Assembly: GCF_001194135.2 (NCBI RefSeq)
Contig: NC_068985.1
Coordinates: 39,918,319 to 39,982,318, forward strand
Reading direction: 5' to 3'
DNA length: 64,000 bases
Source of the DNA: Octopus bimaculoides
Taxonomy: Eukaryota
Below the pieces are notes generated by a model. It saw nothing but the letters and a program-made list of their open reading frames with translations, ran no database searches and was not told the origin of the DNA. Positions 51,040 through 63,209 of the stretch are shown here, one piece after another. The number at the start of each line of letters is the position of its first letter. Positions within the stretch are counted from its first letter, which is position 1. Both the position numbers and the translations under genes were made by a program.

Positions 51040-53223
51040 ATGCTGATAGTCAATCCTTGCACCACATGCTCACTCAACTTGATCCCGTGAGTTTTCAATC
51101 TTCAAGAAGCACAAGTGCATTTCTAGTTTAGAGCTCATTGATCATGTATCCTGTAATATGCAGCACCTTCAGTAGAGAGAGCTTTGAGTTAGCTTGGTTA
51201 ATATGCTCGTAAAATTACAAATCCTTGGTTCAAAGAGAACATCTTATTCAGCAACAAATATGGCTAAGGAACTGAATACTTTCAGCTTCTTCCTGAAGTC
51301 TTAGCTTGATTGCTTTCTCAGATGTTACAGTTCTGCTTCAGGATCAAGTTTTTAACTTAACTTCAGGTCTTGTGAATTACATCAGTAGCCAATATAGTAA
51401 ATTTTGTTTGAGGATATTACAAGACCAGCCTATACAAGAAAACATTTCAGTTCTTAGTGGTTGGAAGTTGATTAATAGAACTGTGGTTCTGCCATTTAGA
51501 TAGAAAGATTGACATCTGAAGTAAGCCATTAGAAGATGAAACAAACAAAAAAAAAAACTCAAAACAGGTTTATATGATTGTAAAAACAAAAATATATGTT
51601 CATCAAATACAAAAGAATTTACAGAGCCATTATCTAATCAAGTACAATGAAAAGAAAAGAAACAACTCTAATCTAAAAGTGAAGTAACTAAAACATGGAA
51701 CATTGATGGAGTTACAACAAGCAAATTACAATCATTAGCTGAAGTTCTCACCTCAAACTTTGCCATCACTGTAATGTTTGAATTAGCTCTTTCACTTTCA
51801 GATTAGAATGATTTTCTTTTGAATGCTCCATGTAACTCAATAGAATGTTTCTGTTATTTAATCTTACATCATAAGGTAAAACTGAATAATTTATTATAGT
51901 ATTTAACCTTTTGCATATGGGAGGATATCCTGGTGGCAGTTCCGATGAAATAAAACATTCTATATCGTTGTAGTTGATAGCTCAATAATAGAACCAAAAA
52001 TTATTGGTTATTTAATGAAAGACAAAAGTGAAAACTAATGCCAAACAACCAGAGTTTTGCTAAGATGAGCCAAATTCACAATAATAATTCTGAGTAAACT
52101 CATATCTTGTTATCTTCCTTTGAAATGTATTAATTCATCTTATTCTACATAATAAAAGAAGTGATATAATTGAATTTTCTTGTAGAAAGACATGAGTCCC
52201 ATTGATTTACTTTTATTATCAAATGCTTTAGTTCCTTAATACTGAAGAGAATAATCATTTTTTATCATAAACCTTCCAACAAACTATGCACTGTCTACAT
52301 TAACAAAGATACTCTTGACTGAATCAAAATCCAACACTATGTTAGATGTTTTCAGACATAGTGTGCTTAAGACTACATTATATAATGTATCCTTCCTTTT
52401 TTTAAGATTGTAATATGACTTGAGAGAGATTTGACTGCTATTTCTAGGAAGTCAATTGACCCTGTAGAGAAGTGATTCCCAAAGTGGGCGGTATCGTTCC
52501 CCTGGGGGCAGTGGAAAGTTCCAAGGGGGTATTGAGGAAAAGTGGGGCGATTATGGGGTAGCGATTTGTGTAAAAACAACAAAATAATGGGTTCATTAGG
52601 TTGGATGGATTCCATGAATAATCTTAGCTGATTGAAGTTTTTCAACTCACTTATATTATATAGGAGAGGACTTATCTTTCTTTATTATGCAGAATGCTCT
52701 CCTGACTTATTTTCTTTCTACTGTATTGTTAATGTAAAAAATAGACTAATACTGTAATGTGGTTTCATTTCCAAAATCCCCTAAGCAAAACAGGTTGACT
52801 GTCACACAGCATTAAAAGTAACAAAGCAGTAGTTTTTCAGCTACCCGCTAAAGGATAAATACCTAATATTCAATATACTATGAATAATATCACATACAAA
52901 TGGGGAGGTACATATGTAAATGTATCCTATCTTATGTATGATGATGATTATGCATCAACATGTATATATGTGGCTGAAAAAAAAAAAAACTTCTCTTACT
53001 AGTGCCCACTCAAACTATGTAAGGCAGAATTCACACTATCACAAATATCATGCAAGGCACACTGATGAAACTGATTTGCATGTTAGTTCAACCACCTTCC
53101 CTGAAGATATAAAATAGAATGTATAAGACAGAGAGAGAGGAAGACAGTTTTATTGAACAGATCGTACATGGTCACTCAACCTGCTGAAAATAGTAGTTTA
53201 CACACTGCCATCTTAAATTAAAG

Positions 53224-54700
53224 ATGGCTGCAAAGATGCCATCAAGCAAAATTGAAGGTAGTAGTGTGAAAAAGAACTGTAAAAGGAATCCACTGCATAT
53301 TAAACTTGATATTTTTAAAGGCCTGGTGCAGGATAAAATAATCAGCCTCATTGCCAAAAAAATAAAGCTTGCAATGTCTGCAGTTGGACAATACATGACA
53401 ATAAGGAGAAAATTAAGTCAAGTACTCAAGAAATTACTCCAGTAATTGCTGGGACCTTACTTTTTTATAGATTTAATGTGATACTTAAAATGGGACAACT
53501 CTCAGATATATGGAGCAAGGATCAGACTCAATGCATTTTGCCAATAAGCATGATGATAATAATAAAAAAAAAAAAAAAGTTTGTAGGGTGATTTTCAGAA
53601 AAGGAAAGGGTGAAACTTCTAATAAAGAAACATTTTCTGGCTCGTAAAGACTGGTTTGAAAGGTTTAAGAAGTGCTTGAGTTTGGACATCATATAAAAAT
53701 GACTGATAAAGCTGCCAGTGCTGATATAAAGGCTGTTACTAACTATTCTAAGAAGTTGAAATAATTATTGTAAGAGGGTGATACATACCAGAGTGAGTTT
53801 ACAACATTGATGAAACTTCACTTTTCTAGAAGTTCATTCCTGCTAGAACTTTTATTTCTTGCAAACAAATGTCAGCAATAGAATGTAAAGCTTCCAAAAA
53901 TTGTATGACGCTTCTTAAAGGAGGAAATGCCATTGGTGATATGAAATAAAAGCACCCATTTGTGTATCACTCCAAAAATTCAAGAGCCTTCAATGATTAT
54001 GCAAAGTTTAATTTGCCTTTGGTTGTACAAGACATTATGTTTCCAACAAAGCATTGCTCTTTTTAGACAATGCACCAAGCTACCCAGTGAACTTAGATGA
54101 CTTTTCTGATCATGTGAGAGGAGAAAGTATCCCTAAGAATACTTCCTTGTTCAAGCCAATAGATTAAGGTGTGACAGTTAACTTCAAGGTATATTATTTT
54201 AGGAAAACTTTCAAACAAACTTATTAAAGCAATTGATATGGAAGATAAATCTACAATTAGAGACGTCTGGAAAAAGTTCAACATAAAAGATACTGTGGAT
54301 AACACAACTGAGTCATGGGATGAAGTGACACCCTCCCCTTTAAATGGTACTTGGAAGCATATATGGCCAGACTGTATCTGGTGACTTCACAAGATTTTTC
54401 AAGCAGAAGTCTATATCAAATTTGGAAAGATATTGTGTGATTTACAAATAATACAGAGTTTGAAGAAGTCATATAAGGTGATATAGTTGAGTTGTTAGTG
54501 TCAGGTAGAGGAAGTTTATCTGGTGAAGAACTGATGCAGTTAGAATAAGGCCAGGCTAAAAGTACAAATGAAGATATGGAAATTTCAACAACTCTACGTA
54601 AATTGACTGCCAAGAATATTGCTCAAGAATTAGCACTTAGAGAGGAAGGTCTGCAAGTATTTGTTGATAATTATGGTCTTACAATAAGCTCAGTTCCTAC
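53224..54700 (+). mobile_element. Tigger/pogo DDD transposase fossil
   Basis: Fragments FLARKDWFERFKK, AASADIKA, VYNIDETSLF, ALLFLDNAP and NTSLFKPID.GV match Tigger GWF/FNADETGL/LDNAP/NTTSLIQPLDQG motifs. Many stops. Confidence 0.8.
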
Positions 54701-55884
54701 ACTAAGCCATACAAAGAGAGATTCACCATAAACATCAAACAATTTAGGTAAGTTCCTCACCCCTCAAATAAATGTCAATGATGATGAACAATAAGATAGA
54801 AGATAGTTTTCCACATTATCCCAATAACTCTCATTCCACTCAACAGACAGTAGTCAATATCGCTTGTGGTTGAACATCATGGTAAACGTTCTCACTCTCT
54901 ATAAAAGTACATCACTCATGCTGAGTGTGTGTGTGTTAGGAATTTCATTTGATAATAGTGATTTTGTAAAAGGTATTTTTTTTTCTTTTAGTTCCAGCTC
55001 AGAAATGCGACCATGCTGGGGCACCACAATTGTAAAAAATGATTTATTTTAATACTATACTTTTCTGTCAGTAAATGTTTTTTCTTACACACACACGGAC
55101 TTGATTGAAGCAGGGTGGGGGTTAAAAATTTGAATTACAAATTTTTTGTTGTTGTTGCTTAAATCTCCACACTGGACCATTGCATCATTCCATAAAATGT
55201 TTGTGGGGAGAAAAATATTGAAAAAACATCAATATATGTCAGAGTGACAAAGAAATGAGAAAGGTATCAAGTAGTCGCAGGATGTGCTACAAACAACAGC
55301 CAAACCTCTTCTCCCTTAAATCATATACTTTTTCATCCCAAAATTATTTTGAAATTATAAACAGAAACAAATTGCAGATTCAGACTGTCCATATTTTAAA
55401 ACTATGATTAAAAAACATTTTGGAATAAAGCCAAAATTTTAGGATTTATGGAGGGGATATTAAATGATGATGATGATGTATGTATGTATATACATGCATG
55501 CATGCATACATACATACATACAAGTGTGTGTGCTATTAAATGACTCTTCGACAATGTTCATATGTGTGCGTGTCCCTGTTATAATGAATGGCAGAAAAAA
55601 AATCTGCAGAACAGTATTTTTGCTTGTATATTAGGTATAGACAACTTTTTCTAAGAAGCAGGCACACAAGACATGGCTCATCATCTGGTGGTCCACCCTA
55701 CTAAAAATTCAAGGTAATTTTTCGTTAGGTGTACTATTCCGAAAGTAACAAGGGCCACAGGTTAACTGATATTTGTCATGGTGCTAATGCAAGTATTTCT
55801 TTATATGTAACCAAAACTCCAAGTGAACTTTTGGATTATGATAAAATCAAAATATTATCTTTAAAAAAAAAATGAAATGTTAAT

Positions 55885-56297
55885 GGATCTATTTTAAAAC
55901 GGGGGCCACATTTTTCATTAATGTTTTACGTAGTGTTTTTGGTACGGAAAGACTTTCAAACTTCGTGTACTTATCTATTTTGTGTTATAGAAGAGAAAAA
56001 TATTTTTGTATTCGAATTTATTTCATGTAAAAAATTGTCTTATTTCGATAATTTCAACCAATCACTGACAAGTATTCAGTTGTTTATATTTACTCCTTTG
56101 GCTGATTAAGCGATGTAAAGCGTATTTAATGAAATTACAGAAATACGACAACTTTAAAATGGAATAATTTATGGATTTCTTTTTTTTTTTAAGAAGACTA
56201 AGAGAAAAAGATGTTTTATATGACACATTCTACCAGTGTTCCAAGTTTCAAAGTGTTTCGTTAATGAAAAATGTGGCCCCCGTTTTAAAAAAGATCC
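55885..56297. mobile_element. second copy of the Merlin-type MITE, 413 bp, lacking about 162 bp of centre
   Basis: Same TIRs as 21151-21724 and roughly 97% identical by eye. Own perfect 8-bp TSD ATGTTAAT at 55877-55884 and 56298-56305. Confidence 0.88.
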
Positions 56298-57599
56298 ATG
56301 TTAATATATTTAAATAAAAGTGTTGCTTTTATTTTTCGATTTCAACACCATTTTTGAATAAAACCCATAGCTCACTTTCTACGGTTTCATTCACTGCGGT
56401 TAACTTCTTTCTTATTTCCTGTCTCCATCCTTAAGTACAGACACATGCATTTCTCTCATCAGTTATGTTGTTTTTGTAATTTTACTTTTAAACAAACGAA
56501 GGAAATATTTTTCACGTATAACAAGGCGACCAACTCGAAGTACATTTCATTATTTCTTTCGATTTTTGTTATAAAACGTTCTAAGTTATTTTACTAATTT
56601 TTCGCTTTCGCTTCAACTTATTCGATTCTTAAAAGTTAGAAAATGATACATTTGCAATTTATCCTTTCTTTCTCTCTTTCTTTATGGGAAGAAAAGAGTA
56701 CTTCAGTTTCCTCTTTATTTTTCATCTTTTACTTGTTTCGGCACGGCAATGTTTCGAGGGGACAAACACAAAGACATGCACACAAGAAGCTCGTAGTATA
56801 TATATAATATATATATATACCTCTGGCTTCTTTCAGTTTCCGTCTACCAATTCCACCCACATGGCTTTATACACACACGCAATACATGTAAAATATACAT
56901 AAAACAAACTTGTATCACACACATAAGCATTCATTAAAGCATTGCATCATTTTATATAAAATAGGAACCAAAAAAGATGACCAAAACAACAAACTACGTG
57001 AGATTATTGATTGCTTATACTAGCACAAGGCCAAAACTTTTCCGGGAAGGGGGCAGTCGATTATAAATCGATACCAATACCTTACTGGTACTTTATTCTA
57101 TCGACACCAGGTTGCTGAAAAGCTAAATCAACCTCACTGCAGACCAAAACTTTATACGTGTGATACTCTAACGATTTTTCAAATAAACTACACAAGAAAA
57201 TAATTTCAAGCGGTTCAAAATTTCAAATCCTACTAGATCAACTTGGTTTTTCCTCCCATCCCGTTGGAATTTACAGATGCATTCGATTCAAAAATTAGCT
57301 TTGTACACAGCTAAATTACTAAAGGCATGATTTATAATTTATTACTAAATTTTGCATTATTTTAACTAAATTGGAATTTTTAAACTTTTAATTATCCTCT
57401 TTTCGTGAAGTTTGACTGTAATTATTTTTCTATTTTTTTCTTAACCTATTAAGTTTTCAATTCGGTTTTTAAAAAATCACATTAAAGAACTTCTCCCAAT
57501 TCCTTGTAGGATTATTGTTTTGCATGATATAAGATTCTTTTTATTTTTTAATTCCACTTCACATGAATAAAAAAAATGATGTGTGTGTGTATGGTGTTA

Positions 57600-58020
57600 T
57601 GTAGTCCATCCACATGCAAGAAATAGTAGCTAAATCTCCCAAATTACGTCCACCCATCTTACAAAAGGACATACTGGATAAGGTAGTTTCGAGTGCATTG
57701 TCTGAGAAGGGGACGAGAAGGTCATTATTGGAATGCCTTTGATCAAGTCTGCTCGAACTCGACAACACGGTAAAAATTGTCACGAGTGATAAATGTGATA
57801 CGTGCTCGATAGCTGCTCATACGCAAGCAGTCGTCTCCCTCGAACTAACGGGTCGCTAGACTTCCTAGAAATAGCAGCCAAATCTCTCATCACATCTTAG
57901 AAAAGGACACATGAGATAATGAAGTTTGAGATACTTTGTTTGAATAAAGAAGTAAAGGTGATCCTTATCTTTGATCATTGGTCTGCTCCATCAGAGCTGA
58001 CTGACCGAGGCTAAACAAGA
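57600..58020. repeat. two tandem degenerate copies of an abundant interspersed repeat (AGAAATAGCAGCCAAATCT...CCTTTGATCA family)
   Basis: Same motif recurs at about 10830-10960, 38330-38560, 44500-44640, 47040-47150, 49880-49960, 55270-55330 and 63890-64000. Confidence 0.55.
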
Positions 58021-58298
58021 CACGCGCAAAATTTTGTCATTACATATAACCACTAACATAAACACAGGGTCACAACGTTAGGCGGGAGCGGGGTATAGAC
58101 ACTTTAATCAACCACAGTATGTGACTGGTACTTGTTTTACCGCTTTTGAAAGATTGAAAAGTAAAGCGGGCCCTAGTCAGAATTTGAATGAAAATTACCC
58201 TGCTACACACCACAAAGCAGTTTTGTCCGACGCTCTTCGGATTCTTCTGATCACTCATTACAAACAAGAAGAAAATGTACTTACCACCATAGATAGCG

Positions 58299-59759
58299 TT
58301 AATGATATTTAGCTAAGAAATTCATATGGAATTCTTTAAAACGGATGACAGTTTTATTAAATTCTTCTTCGGGTGGCAATATAGTGATGCGAAAATGATG
58401 TGTACCCGCGCGTTGACCAAACCCACTTCCAGGGATTACACAAATGCCAGTGTTTTCTAGCAGTTCATAACAATAGAAACTGTCTGGAGTCATGTTTCTC
58501 TGCTTTGCTTGAGTTATGGCCTTCTCTGGTATGTCGATGCGTGGAAAACAATACATTGCCCCTTGTACTTCGTTGCACGTAAAACCTTGGATGGATTTGA
58601 ACATGTCGGTGACTAGGCGAGCTTTCTTCTGAAGCTGGCGGAGTACAAAAGTTTTCTCTTCCATAAAAAGATCATAAGAAGGTTCACCTTTGACAGGCGG
58701 GTTAACCACCGCTGCGATGGCAATTTGACCCATAAGAGGCGGACAAAGACGGGCTGTGATGCTTTTCAAAATCACTTTCTTCGCATCAGGGTCAATGTTA
58801 GTTAATTCACAGTAGCCACCTCGGAAGCCACATTCTCCCATGTATCCTTTTGATGCTGACATGAAAGAAGCTAACTCTACATTGCTGTATTCGGGACCCA
58901 TTTCTGTGAGGACTTTTTTGAATGAATGAAACTCTACTCCATCTGTGTATATATTATGTTGATAGACTTCGTCTGCTAAAATAAACAATTTCTCCTGGTT
59001 AGCAAATTTAATGATATCGCAAATGTTTTCTTTAGTTAATACTTGACCAGTTGGATTTCCCGGGTTAATTACACAAATGGCCCGTGGCTGGCAGTGTGAT
59101 TTTGCATTGTTGTAAGCAGCTCCAACTTCTTTTAGGTTCAAAGCCCAGTTATTGTCTTCATCGAGGTAGTAGTAAATAGGATACGCGTTATATTCTGTTA
59201 TTGTTGCTGAATAAAGAGGATACTGAGGAACTGGTATCATGACACCTGCTCTCTTTTTCCCGGGTTCTCCAGTCATTAACATATTCAAAATAATTTTTAT
59301 ACCATCACTAGCACCAGTTGTCATAATGATGTCGTCAAGAGAGGCCGAGCAACCATCCCTAGCTTCGATATAACTCGCTACATCTTCTCGAATAACTCGA
59401 AGCCCTTCGCTGTTCGAGTAAGATCCGACACTTTTTCCACGACAATCATTCAGAATTCGGTTTGCCCGTTCTTTACAATCACTCGGGATGTTAGGATCGT
59501 CCATAAGATATTCAGGATATAAACACAATGCCATTAATTGCCGTATGAATGTTATTGGTTTTTGTCCCGTGGCATGACAGTCCCCTATGTTGGATTTGAC
59601 GATTTTCTCAAATGGGTAGCTGTTGTTTCCTTTTCGCAAATCTAATTCTATTTCGTTAGCTCGCATCACAATTGGTCCCCTCACAGCATATTCCATTGCT
59701 CTTAAGTAAGGATTTATAGTATCCATTCTCAAAACCTTTTGATTTTCTTCTTTACTCAT
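58299..59759 (-). CDS. GPT: alanine aminotransferase (PLP fold type I), intronless, 486 aa
   Basis: Uninterrupted ORF with MEYAVRGPI, NIGDCH..GQ, GSYS, PQYPLYS, NPGNPTGQV, ADEVYQ, SASKGYMGECGFRGG (PLP lysine K304 at 58848-58850), QGAMY and HFRITILP. In-frame TAA lies 11 codons upstream of the ATG. Confidence 0.97.
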   Translation of the reverse strand: MSKEENQKVLRMDTINPYLRAMEYAVRGPIVMRANEIELDLRKGNNSYPFEKIVKSNIGDCHATGQKPITFIRQLMALCLYPEYLMDDPNIPSDCKERANRILNDCRGKSVGSYSNSEGLRVIREDVASYIEARDGCSASLDDIIMTTGASDGIKIILNMLMTGEPGKKRAGVMIPVPQYPLYSATITEYNAYPIYYYLDEDNNWALNLKEVGAAYNNAKSHCQPRAICVINPGNPTGQVLTKENICDIIKFANQEKLFILADEVYQHNIYTDGVEFHSFKKVLTEMGPEYSNVELASFMSASKGYMGECGFRGGYCELTNIDPDAKKVILKSITARLCPPLMGQIAIAAVVNPPVKGEPSYDLFMEEKTFVLRQLQKKARLVTDMFKSIQGFTCNEVQGAMYCFPRIDIPEKAITQAKQRNMTPDSFYCYELLENTGICVIPGSGFGQRAGTHHFRITILPPEEEFNKTVIRFKEFHMNFLAKYH

Positions 59760-60274
59760 CTTTGCTGGATTTGTTTTCCCAACTACTATTTAGTTATAAT
59801 AAACCGAAATACGGAGGCTTGTTTGTTTATATATTTCTTCGGTAGCTGATGGTTTCTTCGCTAGCAGATGATTGATAACTTAGTCTTCTTCACTCGTAAG
59901 TAGCAGTCGAAATACAAGTTCCTTCCAAAGACAGTGTAATTTTCGGCTAATAGCCGCAATTTTATCAAACACGAAACGGTTTGTCACGTAAGATAGCTGA
60001 AATGAATGTTTGAGTTGCTCCTCCAATGTAAATAAGCCATCCGAGTGAAGCCCACCCTACACCTTCTTTGTTGGCATTAATGTCCTCTCCTTCCTTCCTT
60101 TTTTAATGCTTAATGAATATTCCTCTGCACATATTCCATACAGACTTTTATACATGACTGATATTATGAATGTGTGAGTTACAGTCTCCTTACTCTCTCC
60201 TCTTTTCTCCCAACTTGCTACATATCAAGACGCTGACTAGTATATGTGTGTCAATATGAATATGTGTGTCTGTG

Positions 60275-60282
60275 TTTTATAG
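60275..60282 (-). promoter_or_regulatory. candidate TATA box (CTATAAAA) about 520 bp upstream of the ALT start codon
   Basis: Consensus match in CpG-retaining upstream DNA. Such motifs also arise by chance in AT-rich sequence. Confidence 0.25.
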
Positions 60283-60815
60283 CTGTTTATCAGCGTGTAT
60301 ATATATATATACGTGTAACAAAATTTAGATCAGCGACCGACCACATGACAGTTACAAGCAACATACATGAGTTAGCATATAATGTAAATTGAAATACATG
60401 CTAATTGCACAAACTGCAATATGAGTGTGTGTGTGTGTGTGTACCTGTAATTACAACTGAAAATTTTCACCGTTGTTACTCCTACGTATGTATGTGTGTA
60501 TATACGGCCGACTGGTTAAAGCAGTTCGCTTCTGAATCATGAGGTGCCATGCAGTGGGGGTATTTTAGCAAATAATCTTTAAGTGAAATCTTTATGGATG
60601 GAAACTCTGTTAGACCATTCATTGAAAGGATTGTATCTCATAATTCAAAGTATCAACAATATTACTGTGTTACGCGGATTCGGTTTGAAGTACAAGTGTT
60701 TGTAAAAATGCTCGCTACTTACACTGCATTGTTAATAGGACATCTGGAATACTCATCGTCGAAACCGACAGAGATCCATTTACTTTTTACTGTGTGCATT
60801 ATATGTATATGCGTT

Positions 60816-60847
<32 letters not shown>

Positions 60848-61193
60848 GTATGTGTGTGTGTGTGTGTACATACGCTGTCACACCATGGCCTTGCTTGGTT
60901 CGGTTGTATTTAATCTAAATATTGTGTTTGAGTTTATACAAACAAGAACCATTGTTTTGTTATTGTTTTAATGTGTATGTATTTCCCTGTATGTTTAAGT
61001 GTAACGTCGCCTTTTTGTTTGTTGCTTAGCACACTCAAGAGCGTCGCAAAAAATGCTTTGCGGTAGTTACAGCCTCTGATGTTTTGAGTTCAATTCCCAC
61101 CTAGGTCGATTTCACGTTTCAGCTTTCTCGATAAAATAAAAAGTATTAGGGTTGATAGAATCGACTGTTTCCTTCCTTTTTGTACCTATTTAC

Positions 61194-61231
<38 letters not shown>

Positions 61232-61374
61232 CTCTCTCCCCTCTCTCCTCTCCCCCTTCTCTCTATATATNNNNNNNNNNCTCTCTCTCTCCCTTCTCTC
61301 TCTCTCCCTCTCTCCCCCTCTCTCCTCTCCCCCTTCTCTCTATATATATGTATGCATGTATATATATGTATGTT

Positions 61375-61672
61375 TTAAGAAGCTTGCTTCTCACCCACAT
61401 GGTTCCAGGTTCAGTCCCACTGCATGGATTTGGTTGGCAAAAACTGAAAGAAGCCTGTCCTATATATGTGTGTGTGTGTTTATGTTTGTTCCCCAGCACT
61501 GTTTGACAACCAGTGTTGGTGTGTTTACATCCCCCGTAAATTAGCAGTTCAACAAAAGACACTGATAGAATAAGTACTAGGTTTTAAAAAAGATAAATCC
61601 TGGGGTGGATTTGTTCAAGGCACTGCCCCAGTATGGCTGCATTCAACTGACTGAAACAAGTAAAAGATAAGA
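61375..61672 (+). mobile_element. SINE family A with internal deletion
   Basis: AAGAAGCTTGCTTC..CCACATGGTTCC...AAACAAGTAAAAGA. The CORE-like box is missing. Confidence 0.8.
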
Positions 61673-61708
61673 GATATGTATATGTGTGTGTGTATGTGTA
61701 TATATATA

Positions 61709-61812
61709 TGCTAGAATAAGAATAGCCTGGGCAAAGTTTAGAGAGCTCTTACCCCTGCTGGCGACAAAGGGACTCTCACTCAGAGTAAAAGGCAGACTGT
61801 ATGACGCAGCCA
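61709..61812 (+). mobile_element. RTE LINE fragment
   Basis: ARIRIAWAKFRELLPLLATKGLSLRVKGRLYDA. Confidence 0.75.
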
Positions 61813-62207
61813 ATAATAGAAGCAAATAAACATTGGTAAGATCTAGGGCCACCTTCATCAGGGTGGATAGATAAGAGTCGAATGTATCAGATCATTATGC
61901 AGGGAAATTTAAGGGTAGAATAGGTATAGTAGAAGGCAAGGAAGTGGTAGTGGCAGGCGGAGATAGGTGGCTGGGTGGGAGTGTGTGGAATATTGGAGTA
62001 AAGGAAAGAGACATGCCCAAGATGCTGTACAGTGGGAAGCATTATATTGGAAAGTGAATTTCTTAACCTCCCAAACCATGCCTCTATGTATATAGACTTT
62101 AGTTGATTGTTGTTGAGGTAGACCTTCACATGTCTACCTTTTTTTTTTTGTGTAGCTTCCTTCCTGTTATAGACAATAGCTTTGGCGCATGACAACACAC
62201 TTGTTTT

Positions 62208-63182
62208 TGTTCTTGCTTAGCTGTAAGGACTAAACCCTGACTGAGCAGCTCTATGACCTAAGCTGTTTCAGCAAGGAGGTAGGTTGTGATTTTTTTTTGG
62301 GGGGGGGGAGCAAGCGCCTAGATGCTTTCTCATTGCATACAGGTATAGTAGATTGAATTGACCTTCAGTGTAAAGCAGGTGCATACTTTTTATTTCCCCC
62401 AGAGACATGAAAGACATCAATTCCTGGCAAAACTGTACTCAAACCATAAAGAATTAAAATGAAATATTTCAAAATCTTTTTATTATGGATACGAAACTCC
62501 TTCATTGGACACGAAACTCAGCTTGCGAAGNNNNNNNNNNNNNNNNNNNNNNNNNNNNNNNNNNNNNNNNNNNNNNNNNNNNNNNNNNNNNNNNNNNNNN
62601 NGCACTTGTGCCCGCAGCATGTGTAAGGACTTTCGAGCGAGATCGTTGCCAGTGCCCCTGGACTGGCTCTTGTGCGGGTGGCACATAAAATACACCATTT
62701 TGAGCGTGGCCGTTGCCAGTAGCGCCTGACTGGCCTTCATGCCGGTGACATGTAAAAGCACCCACTACACTCTCGGAGTGGTTGGCGTTAGGAAGGGCAT
62801 CCAACTGTAGAAACTCTGCCAAATCAGATTGGAGCTTGGTGTAGCCATCGGGTTTCACCAGTCCTCAGTCAAATCATCCAACCCATGCTAGCATGGAAAG
62901 CGGACGTTAAACGATGATGATGATTCTACTGTTTCTAACTCTCTATCACCCTTTCATAGACTATACATACATATATGTAATGTGTTTGTGTATGTGTGTG
63001 TTATATATAAATATATATGTACCCAGCATAAGCTAAGGACACATAAGAGGTGCAGCAATATCAGAGGTGTTTGCTCCCTCAAAAAAAAAACAAAAAAACA
63101 TCACAACCTACCTGCTTGCTGAAACAGCTTAGGTCATAGCGCTGCTCAGTCAAGGTTTAGTCCTTACAGCTAAGTAAGAACA
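62208..63182. repeat. inverted repeat pair of about 115 bp (62208-62319 / 63065-63182)
   Basis: TGTTCTTGCTTAGCTGTAAGGACTAAACC...AGGTAGGTTGTGAT and its reverse complement, about 4 mismatches in the first 82 bp. Confidence 0.85.
62602..62923 (+). mobile_element. RTE LINE 3' UTR with (GAT)n tail
   Basis: Ends GCGGACGTTAAACGATGATGATGAT. Paralog of 49125-49420. 5' side in N gap. Confidence 0.8.
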
Positions 63183-63209
63183 GTTTTTTTGTGTGGAAGA
63201 TACACATGT

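Noticed and set aside
58400-58582. Plus-strand ORF inside ALT
   Set aside because: Antisense shadow of a real coding sequence.
58299-59759. Horizontal transfer or bacterial contamination as the reason ALT lacks introns
   Set aside because: The protein has animal-type ALT motifs (GDCH..GQKPITFIRQ, SKGYMGECGFRGGY) and is flanked by host SINEs with no operon context. A phylogeny would be decisive.
59760-60050. In-frame N-terminal mitochondrial extension of ALT
   Set aside because: Two in-frame stops lie upstream of the ATG and there is no in-frame ATG; only an undetected spliced exon could supply one.
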